Source: Malacoraja senta | Lineage: Eukaryota | DNA: 64,000 bases | Assembly (NCBI GenBank): GCA_038087875.1 | Contig: CM075979.1 | Location: 37,448,001 to 37,512,000, forward strand | Reading direction: 5' to 3' | Shown: piece by piece, positions 1-10,478 of the stretch | Layout of the letters: every line of letters begins with the position of its first letter | Position numbering within the stretch: the stretch's first letter is position 1 | The notes under the pieces: generated by a model | Told to the model about the DNA's origin: nothing | The model's input: the letters and a program-made list of their open reading frames with translations, nothing else | Databases searched by the model: none | Program-made: the position numbers and the translations under genes

Positions 1-392
1 TATTGGGTAGATTACTTTTGTATTTCATATTTTCTCCCTGTATTGCCTTTTTAGTTTGCTTCCCAATCCTCCAGCTTACCAATAATCTTTGCAATGTTTA
101 TATGCCTTCTCTTTCAGTTTTATGCTGTCTTTGACTTTGTCAGCCACGGTTGCCTCATTCTCCCATTAGAATCTCACTTCCTCTTTGGAATGAAAAGATT
201 TGCATCTTCCGAATTGTTTTCATAAATTCTTGTCATTGCTGTTCCAACGTCATTCCTGCTTGGTTCCCTTTCCTATCTACCTTAGCCAGCTCCTCCCTCA
301 TGCCTCTGTCGTCACCTTTGCACAACAGAAATACGCACGTATCCGATTTCATCTTCTCCCTCGCAAATTACAGGGTGAATTTTATCATATTA
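1..392 (-). mobile_element. Decayed CR1 LINE ORF2 fragment
   Basis: Minus strand reads ...KGDDRGMREELAKVDR..., matching KGDFEGMRRELAKIDR of the CR1 ORF2 at 61379-62287. Confidence 0.75.
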
Positions 393-685
393 CTAGACTA
401 AGTGGGACCCGTTGGGTCCCATGTTCACACGGGAGGGCTAGTCCCCCGACGCAATATTCCACCTCTCCACCAATTCCAATATTGGTGGCCAGTGGGGGGG
501 GGGCTTTCTGGAGCGTTGGTATGGGTGTTGTTGGCTGCAGGGACTACTGGTCTCCAGGGGGCTAGTATGGACATTGTGGGCCAAATGGATTATTAGGGTG
601 GCAGCTCAGTCCCTCAAGCCTGATGTGCTGGCAGCTCACTCAGCTGGTGGGCTGGCAGTTGACTCACGGCTATTCCTTGAAATTC

Positions 686-940
686 CATTTCAAGCAGGGT
701 GCAAGGCCACCAAATTCAAATCCATTTTCCTACCACTTCAAGCAGGGTGCAAGGCCACAAAATTCAAGTGCAGTTTCATACCATTTCAAGGGGGGTGCAA
801 GGCCACCAAATTCAAATGCAGTTTCATACCATTTCATGCAGGGTGCAACGACACCACATTCAAATGCAGTTTCATACCATTTCATGCAGGGTGCAAGGCC
901 ATCACATTCAAATGCAGTTTCATACCATTTCAAGCAGGGT
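686..940. repeat. 48-bp minisatellite, ~5 copies, inside Helitron
   Basis: Unit ccatttcaagcagggtgcaaggccaccaaattcaaatgcagtttcata, seen as a 16-aa periodicity in the ORF track. Confidence 0.9.
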
Positions 941-1321
941 GAAACCACCATAAAACCACACAAAACACCACACTCACAGTTCAGTAGACATTCAGTGTGT
1001 TCAGTTGATTCACAGCTCAGACAGAGACGTGACCTCTCCCTCCCCCATCATGCAGAGACTGAGCCACACCCACACTTCTGGGTTTTATAATCCCTCCCCC
1101 TCCCACCAGAAAGGGTGTGGCCTTCATGCCATGATTGACAGGAGAGATTCTCAACATTTTTAAAACACTAATAACACTTTTATTTTTCATTGATGGGAAG
1201 AATCCTCTGCACCTGATGAGCGGAGGGGGACTGAGTAAGAAGGCCAAAAATCACAGCCGTAAGTGGTAGCGTTTTTATCTAAAATAAATATAGTACAAAC
1301 AGGAAGTTGTCAAGTTTAGAT

Positions 1322-2140
1322 AAACAACCATTTGCAGTGCCTTTTACTTCAACCCAAAACCCCCAAACAACCCTTTGCAGTGCCTTTTCACTTCAACCCA
1401 AAACCCCCAAACAACCCTTTGCAGTGCCTTTTCACTTCAACCCAAAACCCCCAAACAACCCTTTGCAGTGCCTTTTCACTTCAACCCAAACCCCCCAAAC
1501 AACCCTTTGCAGTGCCTTTTCACTTCAACCCAAACCCCCTAAACAACCCTTTGCAGTGCCTTTTCACTTGAACCCCAAACCCCCAAACAACCCTTTGCAG
1601 TGCCTTTTCACTTCAACCCAAAACCCCCAAACAACCCTTTGCAGTGCCTTTTCACCAACCCAAAACCCCCAAACAACCCTTTACAGTGCCTTTTCACTAC
1701 AACCCAAAACCCCCAAACAACCCTTTGCAGTGCCTTTTTACTTCAACCCAAACCCCCAAACAACCCTTTGCAGCGCCTTTTTACTTCAACCCAAAACCCC
1801 CAAACAACCCTTCGCAGTGCCTTTTTACAACCCAAAACCCCCAAACAACCCTTTGCAGTGCCTTTTTACTTCAACCCAAAACCCCCAAACAACCCTTTGC
1901 AGTGCCTTTTTACTTCAGCCCAAACTCCCCAAACAACCATTTGCAGTGCCTTTTTACTTCAGCCCAAATCCCCCAAACAACCATTTGCAGTGCCTTTTTA
2001 CTTCAGCCCAAACCCCCCAAACAACCATTTGCAGTGCCTTTTTACTTCAACCCAAAACCCCTAAACAACCATTTGCAGTGCCTTTTTACTTCAACCCAAA
2101 ACCCCCAAACAACCATTTGCAGTGCCTTTTTACTTCAAAC
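1322..2140. repeat. 43-44-bp minisatellite, ~19 copies, inside Helitron
   Basis: Unit aaacaaccctttgcagtgccttt(c/t)acttcaacccaaaaccccc. Confidence 0.95.
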
Positions 2141-2300
2141 CAACCATATTTTCATTTTCAAACCACATTAAGGGCACTCACAGTTGAGTAGACATGTGTT
2201 CAGTGTTATTCGGAGAGACGTGACCCTCTCGCTTCCTCCATCTTGCAGAGACTGAGTGAGGCACACCACTTCTGGATTTTATAGTATCTCCCCCCTCCCA

Positions 2301-2315
2301 CCAGCAGGGGCAGCA
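2301..2315 (+). promoter_or_regulatory. CTCF-like motif within Helitron 5' module
   Basis: CCAGCAGGGGGCAGC matches the vertebrate CTCF core consensus; binding not shown. Confidence 0.45.
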
Positions 2316-2619
2316 GAGAGAATGGCGAAATTCATATTTTAAACATTCATATCTCTCTGATTTTTTATCGATGGGAAAAATCCTCCAGTCCAATCCGGCG
2401 GAGGGGGGCTCTGAGCGAGGTGGCCAAAAATGACGGCCGTATGTGGCGGCATTCTCTCGGAAATCACATCGCAGTGAGTCAAAAGTGGTCAAGATCTTAC
2501 TTTCAGTAATATAGATGAGTTCAAACTGAAGTTCAATAGATAGAGCAAAGGGGAAGTTATAGAGTTATAGACTGCGGAATATAGTTCTCAGTGTTGAGTG
2601 TTGTAGCGCACCAGTTCCT

Positions 2620-3915
2620 TAGACAAAGTCCAATCTCCTCAATGGGGTAGAAGTGAATCTACCTAAGCTTTTGGAAGAACTATTCAGAAGCCCGATAATG
2701 GAGGGAAATAAGGTTTTCCTGACTTTGAAAGTGCTTGCCTTCAAGCTACTGCACCTACTGCCAGATGAGAGCAGGGAGAAGAAGGAATATTTTTTGATTA
2801 TATTGCCTGGTTTTCTGAAGCAGCGTGACGTGTTTGTCGGAGTCAAAAGTGATAAGTCTGCTTGGGCTACATATGCAATCTCTGGAATTGCTTGAAGTCT
2901 TGGACAGAGCAGTTCCCAAACCAAGTTGTGACACAACAGACAATATACTTTCTATGATGCATCTGTAGACGTTTTTAAGGGTCATTGGAGACATACCGTG
3001 TTTCCTCAGTCTTCTCATGAAGCAGAGGCATTGGTGTGCTTTCTTGGCTGTTGCATCAATGTGGTTGGTGAATGACAGATAATTTGTAATATTAACTCCA
3101 ATGAATTGAAGCTCTCACCCATTTCTACAGCCGCACCATTGATGCCGATTGGATCACGTACTTCCTGAAGTCAATAAAACTCCTTTATCATGCTGACATT
3201 ACAGGAGAGTTTATTGTCCTGACACTATTACTCATTTCTTTATCGCCATCTTGTACTCCATTTTGTCATTGTTCGTGATAGGGCCCACCACAGTGGTGTT
3301 GTTTGTAAACTTGTAGATGGAATTAGAGCTGAAATTGGTTGTACGGTCATGAGTGTAAAGGGAGTATAATAAGCGACTGAGAATGCATCCTTGCAGGGCA
3401 CCGGTGGAGAGAGTTAGGTTCGAGAAGACTTATCCTCACTGATTGAGGTCTGTGGGTCAGAAAGTTGAAGATCCAGTGGCAGAGGGGGGAGCTGACACCT
3501 TGGTTCTAGAGTTTGGAGATGGTTTTGGATGGGATTATAGTGCAGATCTAAAGTCAATAAATAGGGATCTATTAAATAGGACTAAATAGGAATCTATTAA
3601 ATAGGATAAATTGGACTCTCCCTCTTCAGTCCTTGTCGATTAGGTGTTCCAGAGATGAGTGCAAGTCCAGGAGGATGGCAATTGTTGTGGACCCGTTGCG
3701 ATGGTACGCAAACTGCAGTGGATCAATGCAGGCTGGAATTAATGGAATGGAATTAACCATCACCAGTCTCTTGAAGACTTTGTGATGGTGGATGTCAGAG
3801 CCACTGGATGGTGGTCATTAAGGCACACTTCCTTCCCTTCCTTCAGCATGTGGATGATAGTGGTCATTTTGAAGCAGGTGGGAATGTCAATGAAGTAGCG
3901 AGATGTTAACTATGT
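2620..3915 (-). mobile_element. Old decayed Rex1/Babar-like LINE RT fragment
   Basis: Minus-strand peptide MRRLRKHGMSPMTLKNVYRCIIESILS is homologous to the C-terminus of the RT ORF at 42879-44066. Confidence 0.7.
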
Positions 3916-4024
3916 CAGGAATTAATCGATAATCTGCAGTGAAGTTCACTGATCCATATATCTGTTTTTTTAAAGGCTTTATTTCAACTATGCTCAGTGT
4001 TTAACATTAATATTTATGAGCTAA

Positions 4025-5485
4025 CAAGACCGTGGGACCCATTTGGTCCCGTTACCTCAATGCAATATTCCACCATTCACCCTATCCCCCAACTGCGCAG
4101 GCGCGGCTGACGTTTTTAAAGTTTAAATGTCAATAACACGTTAAAAAAAAAATCACTTTCCCTGTTCAGTCCCTTATTCCCCTCCTTCATTAACCTCCCT
4201 CTCCCCACCCTCCACCAACCCTCCTCTGCTTCCTCCCCTCAGTCCCCTCCCTCCCCTCCTCTCTATTCCTCCTCCCCTCGATGACTTGGCCATCCCTCTT
4301 CCTACTCCTATCCTCCTCCATTTGCCCTCATCCCCCAGCACTCCCTCCCCCTCCTCTTCACCCTCCCTCTTCTTTTCTCTCTCCTCCCCTCCCTCACCTC
4401 TCCCTCTCTCTCCTTTCCCCTACCCTCCGTTATTTGCTCCCTTCCTCCATAACCCCTCTCCCCTCCCTACCCCCTCCGCTCCCTCTATTCCCCCTCCTCC
4501 CCCACTCCTCACCTCCCCCCTATCCCACCCCCCCCCCACTCTCCCTCCTCACCTTCCCCACTGTCCTTCTCTCCCTCTATCCCCCACTCCCTATATCCCC
4601 CACTACCCCCTCCTCTCCCTCTATCCCCCTTCCTCCCCCACTCTCCCTCCTCACCACCCCAATTTTCCTCCATCTCTCTCCCTACCCCCTCCTCTCCATC
4701 AATCCCCCCACTCTCTCCTCACTTCCCCAGGATCTTTATGTAAACCACTGCTGGCCCCATTTTCTCCACCACGTCCGCGATGAAGTTGTACTTGAGGCAG
4801 AGGCTGTCGGAGGAACGTGTCGAGTGGCCTGGAGCCGGAGGAGGGAGAGGGAGAGGCCGAGGCTGCGGCCTTGTCCTTGTCCCGGGTCCCGCTCCTCTCC
4901 CTCCCCGCGGGCCCGGAGCAGCAGCACCCCCGCCCCCAGACCTAGCCCCAGCGCCCAGGCCCCGGGTTCCCGGCGCGGCCTCTCCCCGCTCCCAGACTCC
5001 GTTGCGTGGGCCCAGAGCGGCAGCGCCGCCACCAGTGCCAGTGCCACTGCCCAGTTCCTGGGTCCCAGGCATGGCCTCTCCCCGCCCCCACAAGTCCCTC
5101 TCCTCTCCCTCCCCGCGGGCTCAGAGCAGCAGCACCGCCGCATCCAGACCCAGCCCTAGCCTCAGTGCCCAAGCCCCGGGTCCCAGGCACGGCTTCTCCC
5201 AGCCCCCAGACTCACCACTGCATGGATACCGGGCCCACTGCGCACGTTCCGGGCTGATGGGCATCTCCAACTGCGCAGGTGCTGCCGGCAAGTGGGGGCG
5301 CTGTTATTTTAAATTTTAAATGTCAATAACTTATAAAATATAACATCAATCAGAACAAAACTTGTCTCTTTTATATCCCAGGACACTGGTGAGTAAGGTG
5401 GGCCAAAAATTATAGCGTTATCATGAACCATTTTGGCGGAGATTTGAAGCGTCACTCGTGCACATGCTTACAAAGTTTTAGTAAT
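4025..5485 (-). mobile_element. Helitron-family element carrying a captured host gene fragment
   Basis: Degenerate 3' end GGGACCAAATGGGTCCCACGGTCTTG|T, plus GCAATATTCCACC, GAGTAAGGTGGGCCAAAAAT and TTTTAGTAAT blocks shared with the Helitrons at 393-2515 and 53193-53996. Confidence 0.7.
4723..5213 (-). pseudogene. HTRA2: Captured HTRA2 (Omi) exon-1 fragment, frameshifted, followed by a GT splice donor and purine-rich intron-like sequence
   Basis: [23 protein letters not shown] resembles HTRA2 [22 protein letters not shown]. Upstream, in another frame, WALGLGLGAGVLLL resembles the HTRA2 transmembrane segment. Similarity stops at AA|GTGAG (4723/4722). Confidence 0.8.
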
Positions 5486-7413
5486 TCCTATAAAAGCTTA
5501 ACATATTATTAAAAAATTAAGAAATATGCACTATATGTTAGCATTCAAACTACTTCAGTGATTCTTCCTTCTTCTTCGGCTTCTTTAAACAGACATATCT
5601 TGGTTATCAGTCTTACCAAGGTGTTGCTCTTGGTCTGAAGTTGTACTGAACGCACAAAACCCTTTGCGTCTGGTATGATCTCCAATATTCTGCCCATCAG
5701 CCAGGAACCTCGTGGCACAGTTGAATCAACCACCAAAATGATGTCACCTGGAATCAAGTTTGTTTTTACCCCTGACCATCGTTGTCGTTCTTGGATTAGA
5801 GGCAAGTATTCCTTTGTCCACCATTCCAAAAAAAAAGCCATATATTGTACCTGTCTCCATCTGCGTTTAATATACAAATCTTCCTTCACAAAGAGCCCAG
5901 GTGGTAATATTGGCTTGATCTTCAACACAAGAAGATGGTTTGGTGTAAGTGCTTCCAAGTCCCTTAGATCATTAGAACTCCTGGTAATGGGCAAAGTCTG
6001 CAATCCTTCATCGTCCAGAACTTGTTGTTTAAGAACAGAGCGCAGCACACTTCGAACCATGTGGATCAATCGTTCCCAAACACCGCCGTGATAGGATCCC
6101 GCTGGGGGATTAAAATTCCACCTTATCCCTTGCTGAAGCATAGCATTCTGGATTTGATTCTGATAAAAGCCTTTGAGTGCTTCTCTCAATTCTCTTTCCA
6201 CTCCGATAAAATTTGTGCCATTATCTGATCTTAAAGATGAAACTTGACCTTGCCGACAGATGAATCTTCATGGTATCAATGCAGGAGTCTGTGTCAAGCG
6301 TAGATGCAACTTCAAGATGTACTGCCCTGCTTGCATTGCAAGTGAAGATTACACCATATCTTTTAACTAGACTTCGTCCTCTCTTCACCTCTATCAGACC
6401 GAAGTGGTCTACTCCTATATCTGTAAATGGAGGCTTATCAGGTAGAATCCTCTCCAGGAGCAAGTCTGCCATTTTCTGTTCTCCAACTCTTCCACGCTGC
6501 CATCTACACACAGTCTTTTATGACCTTTCTTGCAGCAGAGTTAGCTTTGATAATCCAGTAAATTTTACGAAGTTGCAACAGCATATAATTTCTCCCTCCG
6601 TGTCCACTCTGATCATGGATATTTCATAGCAGTAGTGTTGATATGTAAAAGTCCTTCGAGAGAATAATAGGATGTTTAGCCTCTTCATGCATCGCTAGTC
6701 TATTCAGGCGACCACCTACTCTCAGAAAACCTTCATTCAATACCGGATCTAGCTTGTACAAATGACTGCTTCTTTTAATACCCTGTTTACCAACTTTTAA
6801 TGTTGATAGTTCTTCTTTGTATCTTTGTCTTTGACAGAAAGAAATAACTGTGTTTTCTGCTTTAAGAAGATCTTCGGGACACAAACACAGTCCACAGTAT
6901 AATGCTTTAAAGACTTGCATCTCCTTGTCAACCTTTTCCTTTAATTTGCCAAGATCTTTTTCAAAGATACCTCTAGCAATCTCCTTTCTTTTTCGAGTCA
7001 ATAGCAAGAACATTGTCCTTGGTTTAAGAAACAAAGTTACCACAGTTTTCAGCTCATTCCAAGATGAGAAATAGGTAATTAAATAGTTTGTTGAGTCCAA
7101 TCGATCCTTGACAATGACGTTCACCGTGATGTCTTGCTTGATTTCCAGATCATTAGCAGAGATTTCACCTTCCAGATTAAGCTTTGGCCATTCTCTGTCT
7201 GGCTTACCGAGAAGCTCTGGTCCCTTGATTCATCTCTTATTGCCTAAAAAGCGGTCTGCTGTTAGTTCTCTAGAGGCTTCATCTGTAGGATTTTCCTTTG
7301 TGTTAACATATCTCCACTGTGATACATTAGTAGCATCCCTCACAAAAGAGATCCTGTTTACTACAAATGTTTGAAAGCATTTGTTTTTGTTGTTGATGTA
7401 CTTAAGTACTGTT

Positions 7414-8805
7414 GGTAGACAAAAATGCTGGAGAAACTCAGCGGGTGCAGCAGCATCTATGGAGCGAAGGAAATAGGCAAAGTTTCGGGCCGAAATCCTT
7501 CTTCAGACTGATGTAGGGTGGGGAGGGGGGGGGGGGCGGGGAGAAGAAAGGAAAAAGGAAGAGGAGGAGCCCGAAAGCTGAGGGAGAGCTCAGAAGGGGA
7601 GGAGACAGCAAGGGCTACCGGAAATTGGAGAATTCAATGTTCATGCCACTAGGGTGCAGACTGCCCAAGCGGAAAATGAGGTGCTGCTCCTCCAATTTCC
7701 GATGGTGCTCACTCCGGCCATGGAGGAGGCCCAGGACAGAGAGGTCGGATTCGGAATGGGAGGGGGAGTTGAAGTGCTGAGCCACCGGGAGATCAGGTTG
7801 GTTAATGCGTACCGAGTGGATGTGTTTGGCGAAACGATCGCCAAGCCTACGCTTGGTCTCACCGATGTAGATCAGCTGACATCTAGAGCAGCGAATGCAA
7901 TAGATGAGGTTGGAGGAGATGCAGGTGAACCTCTGTCGCACCTGGAATGACTGCTTGGGTCCTTGAATGGAGTCGAAGGGGGAGGTAAAGCGACAAGTGT
8001 AGCATCACTTGCGGTTGCAAGAGAAAGTGCCCAGGGAGGGAGTGTTGCGGGAGGGAAGGGAAGAATTGACCAGGGAGTTACGGATGAGCGGTCTTTGCGG
8101 AAAGCAGACAGGGGGGGAGATGGGAAGATGTGGCGAGTGGTGGGGTCACGTTGGAGGTGGCGAAAATGACGGGGGACTATTTGTTGCATGTGACGGCTAG
8201 TGGGGTGAAAGGTGAGGACTAAGGGGACTCTGCCCTTGTTACGAGTGGGGGGGATGGGGAGAGAGAGCAGTGTTGCAGGGTATGGAAGAGACCCTGGTGA
8301 GAGCCTCATCTATAGTAGGGGAGGGGAACCCCTGTTCCCTGAAGAATTAGGACATTTCCGATGCCCTGGTATGGAACACCTCATCCTGGGAGCAGATGCA
8401 GCGTAGACGGAGGAATTGGGAGTAGGGGATGGAGTCCTTACAGGAAGTAGGGTGGGAAGAAGAGTAGTCTAGATAGCCATGGGAGTCAGTGGGTTTATAG
8501 TTGATGTTGGTCAGAAGTCTATCACCTGCGATGGAGATAGTGAGGTCAAGAAATGGTAGGGAAGTGTCGGAAATGGTCCAGGTGTATTTGAGTGCCGGAT
8601 GGGAGTTAGTGGTGAAGCAGATGAAGTCAGTCAGTTGTGTGTGGGTGCAGGAGGTAGCACCAAAGCAATCGTCGATGTAGCGGAGGTAGAGGTCGGGGAT
8701 GGGGCCCTGGTACGCGTCAAACAAGGATTGTTCGACGTACCCGACAAAGAGGCAGGCATAGCTGGGGCCCATGCGCGTGCCCATAGCTACGCCTTGTATT
8801 TGGAG
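7414..8805 (-). mobile_element. 5'-truncated Penelope-like element (RT C-terminus + GIY-YIG endonuclease + hammerhead-bearing 3' region)
   Basis: MGTRMGPSYACLF...YLRYIDD (PLE RT); LIYCIRC..YIGETKRRLGDRF (GIY-YIG); CTGAAGA..GAAAC core near 7480-7510. Confidence 0.9.
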
Positions 8806-9547
8806 GCTATCAGTCCAAAAGATGGATTTCTCCAGCTGAAGCTGTAATTCCTTTCACAATATTTTGTCCACTCTGACAGCTAGGACTGCAGCCGTAAGTT
8901 CCATTCCGGGAATCGTCATTTGCTTCAATGGTGCCACTCTGGCTTTCCCATTATGAATGCAACATATGCTTGGTTGTTATCGTCTACCAGTCTCAGCTAT
9001 GAAACAGTACCATAACCATTTTCACTTGCATCTGAAAAGTGGTGTAACTGTGCCACACCACGCCACTTTGAATTCCGACATCTGCTGTTGAGATCTGCTA
9101 ACTATCCTGCCCATTGCTGAGAGAAGATTTGTGTTATGCTCTCATCCCATTCGAGTTTTTCCTTGCAGAGCTCCTGCATAATCAGCTTGGCAGGCAGAGT
9201 AAATGGTGCTAGAAATCCCAAAGGATTGTATATAGAGCCAACCACGGATAAGATGCCCCGTCGGGTATATGGTCATTCTTGTACCACAATTCTGAATTTG
9301 AACACATCTGTTTCAATACACCAGTGCAATCCCAGTGCTCTTCCCATAGGCAGATTGTCTTTGTCCAAATCCAACTCGCTGGTCTCCTTGTGGAATGGTA
9401 GCCAATACGGCACGGCAGTTGCTGATCCACTTTGACAGCATGAATCCTCCCTTTTGGCAGCGGGAAGTCAGGTGTGCTGCCATTTGAATTGCTTCCTGTT
9501 CCGAAGACATGAACTTTAACAATCATCCACATAGAAGTTGTTCTTTA

Positions 9548-9847
9548 AGTCCCACTATACGAGTTTACCCAAGAGCTCTCCCGAGTTTTGAAAAAATCAG
9601 ACTCGTGGTAAGTACGTAGAATGTACGTAGCGGGTACATCAGAGCTTGGGACGTCTCTTAGCGGCTCGTAACGCTAATGGCAGGAACTCAGGAAACGCGG
9701 TAAGCTCGTGAAGTTTTTTCAACATGTTGAAAAATGTCCACGAGAGCCCAGAGTACCTACGTGTGGCTATTACCGTAATTCTCCGAGTTCGAATCAGGGG
9801 AAATGCGGGAGAACTCTTGAATTACCTCGTACAGTGGGACAGGCCCT
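9548..9847. mobile_element. PIF/Harbinger-type MITE
   Basis: Inverted termini gtcccactatacgag / ctcgtacagtgggac (left TIR clipped). TTA TSD at 9545-9547 and 9848-9850. Interrupts BEL TVK|NNFYVDD. Confidence 0.8.
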
Positions 9848-10478
9848 TTACTGTGTTTGTTACCTCTGCTGAGAAATAAGCTTTGTTGTCCACAGCAGTC
9901 CTTCTTAATGCAAAGTTTGCACAACTTGGTGATAACACTGCTCCAACGAGATGTACCTTCATCTGGAATTTAACAAGATCTTGCTGCGCATCACCACTGC
10001 AGGAATCGCAAATAGTCAATATGCTTTTCTGATACTTTGACTTGCTGAAACATTGCTTTTAATATCAGCCATCTAAATAACCGGTTCTTGTCTGAATCTG
10101 ATGAGAACTCCAATGAGCGAGTTGGTAAGGTCTGGCAGTGGCAGTTAAGTGATGCTCCTTTGAAGACTGCCCCACAGTCAAAGACCAACCCTCAAAGTTC
10201 CTTTCCTTGAGAGATACACCCAATGGTGTGGGATATACCAGAGTTCTCCATCACTTCGATTCAACTGGTTCACTGATACCATTTCAGTATAACCATTATC
10301 GATCATTCCTGTGAGAAAAGATGAATATTCATCACAATTTTTAAAATTATTTTCAAACTAGCATATCAGGCTCTGGATGCACTGCTCTGCAATGCAACGG
10401 CTATTCGGAAAACTGACACTTTCTTGTTTGAAAGGTAAGTCGAGACAATAGACAATAGTGGATACTATTCATGATATC

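Larger units (their letters stand above)
393..2515 (-). mobile_element. Non-autonomous Helitron, composite (two 5' modules, two minisatellite arrays)
   Basis: Minus strand starts A|TCTATATTACTG and ends with hairpin TGGGACCC-AAC-GGGTCCCA then CTTAGT-CTAG|T. Inserted in an AT dinucleotide without TSD. Same 3' end as 53193-53996. Confidence 0.85.

Noticed and set aside
1322-2140. CRISPR-like regular repeat array
   Set aside because: Head-to-tail units without unique spacers, no cas genes, and a eukaryotic context
574-2191. Long repetitive ORFs (up to 294 aa)
   Set aside because: Translations of stop-free minisatellites, open in several frames at once
4719-5143. Functional HTRA2 gene
   Set aside because: Frameshift between the TM-like part and the protease start, no exon 2 (HPF.GRE..SNGSGF) seen downstream in the window, and it is enclosed by Helitron ends
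4281-5159. 292-aa Pro/Leu/Ser-rich ORF on the plus strand
   Set aside because: Low-complexity pyrimidine tract; the meaningful homology is on the minus strand
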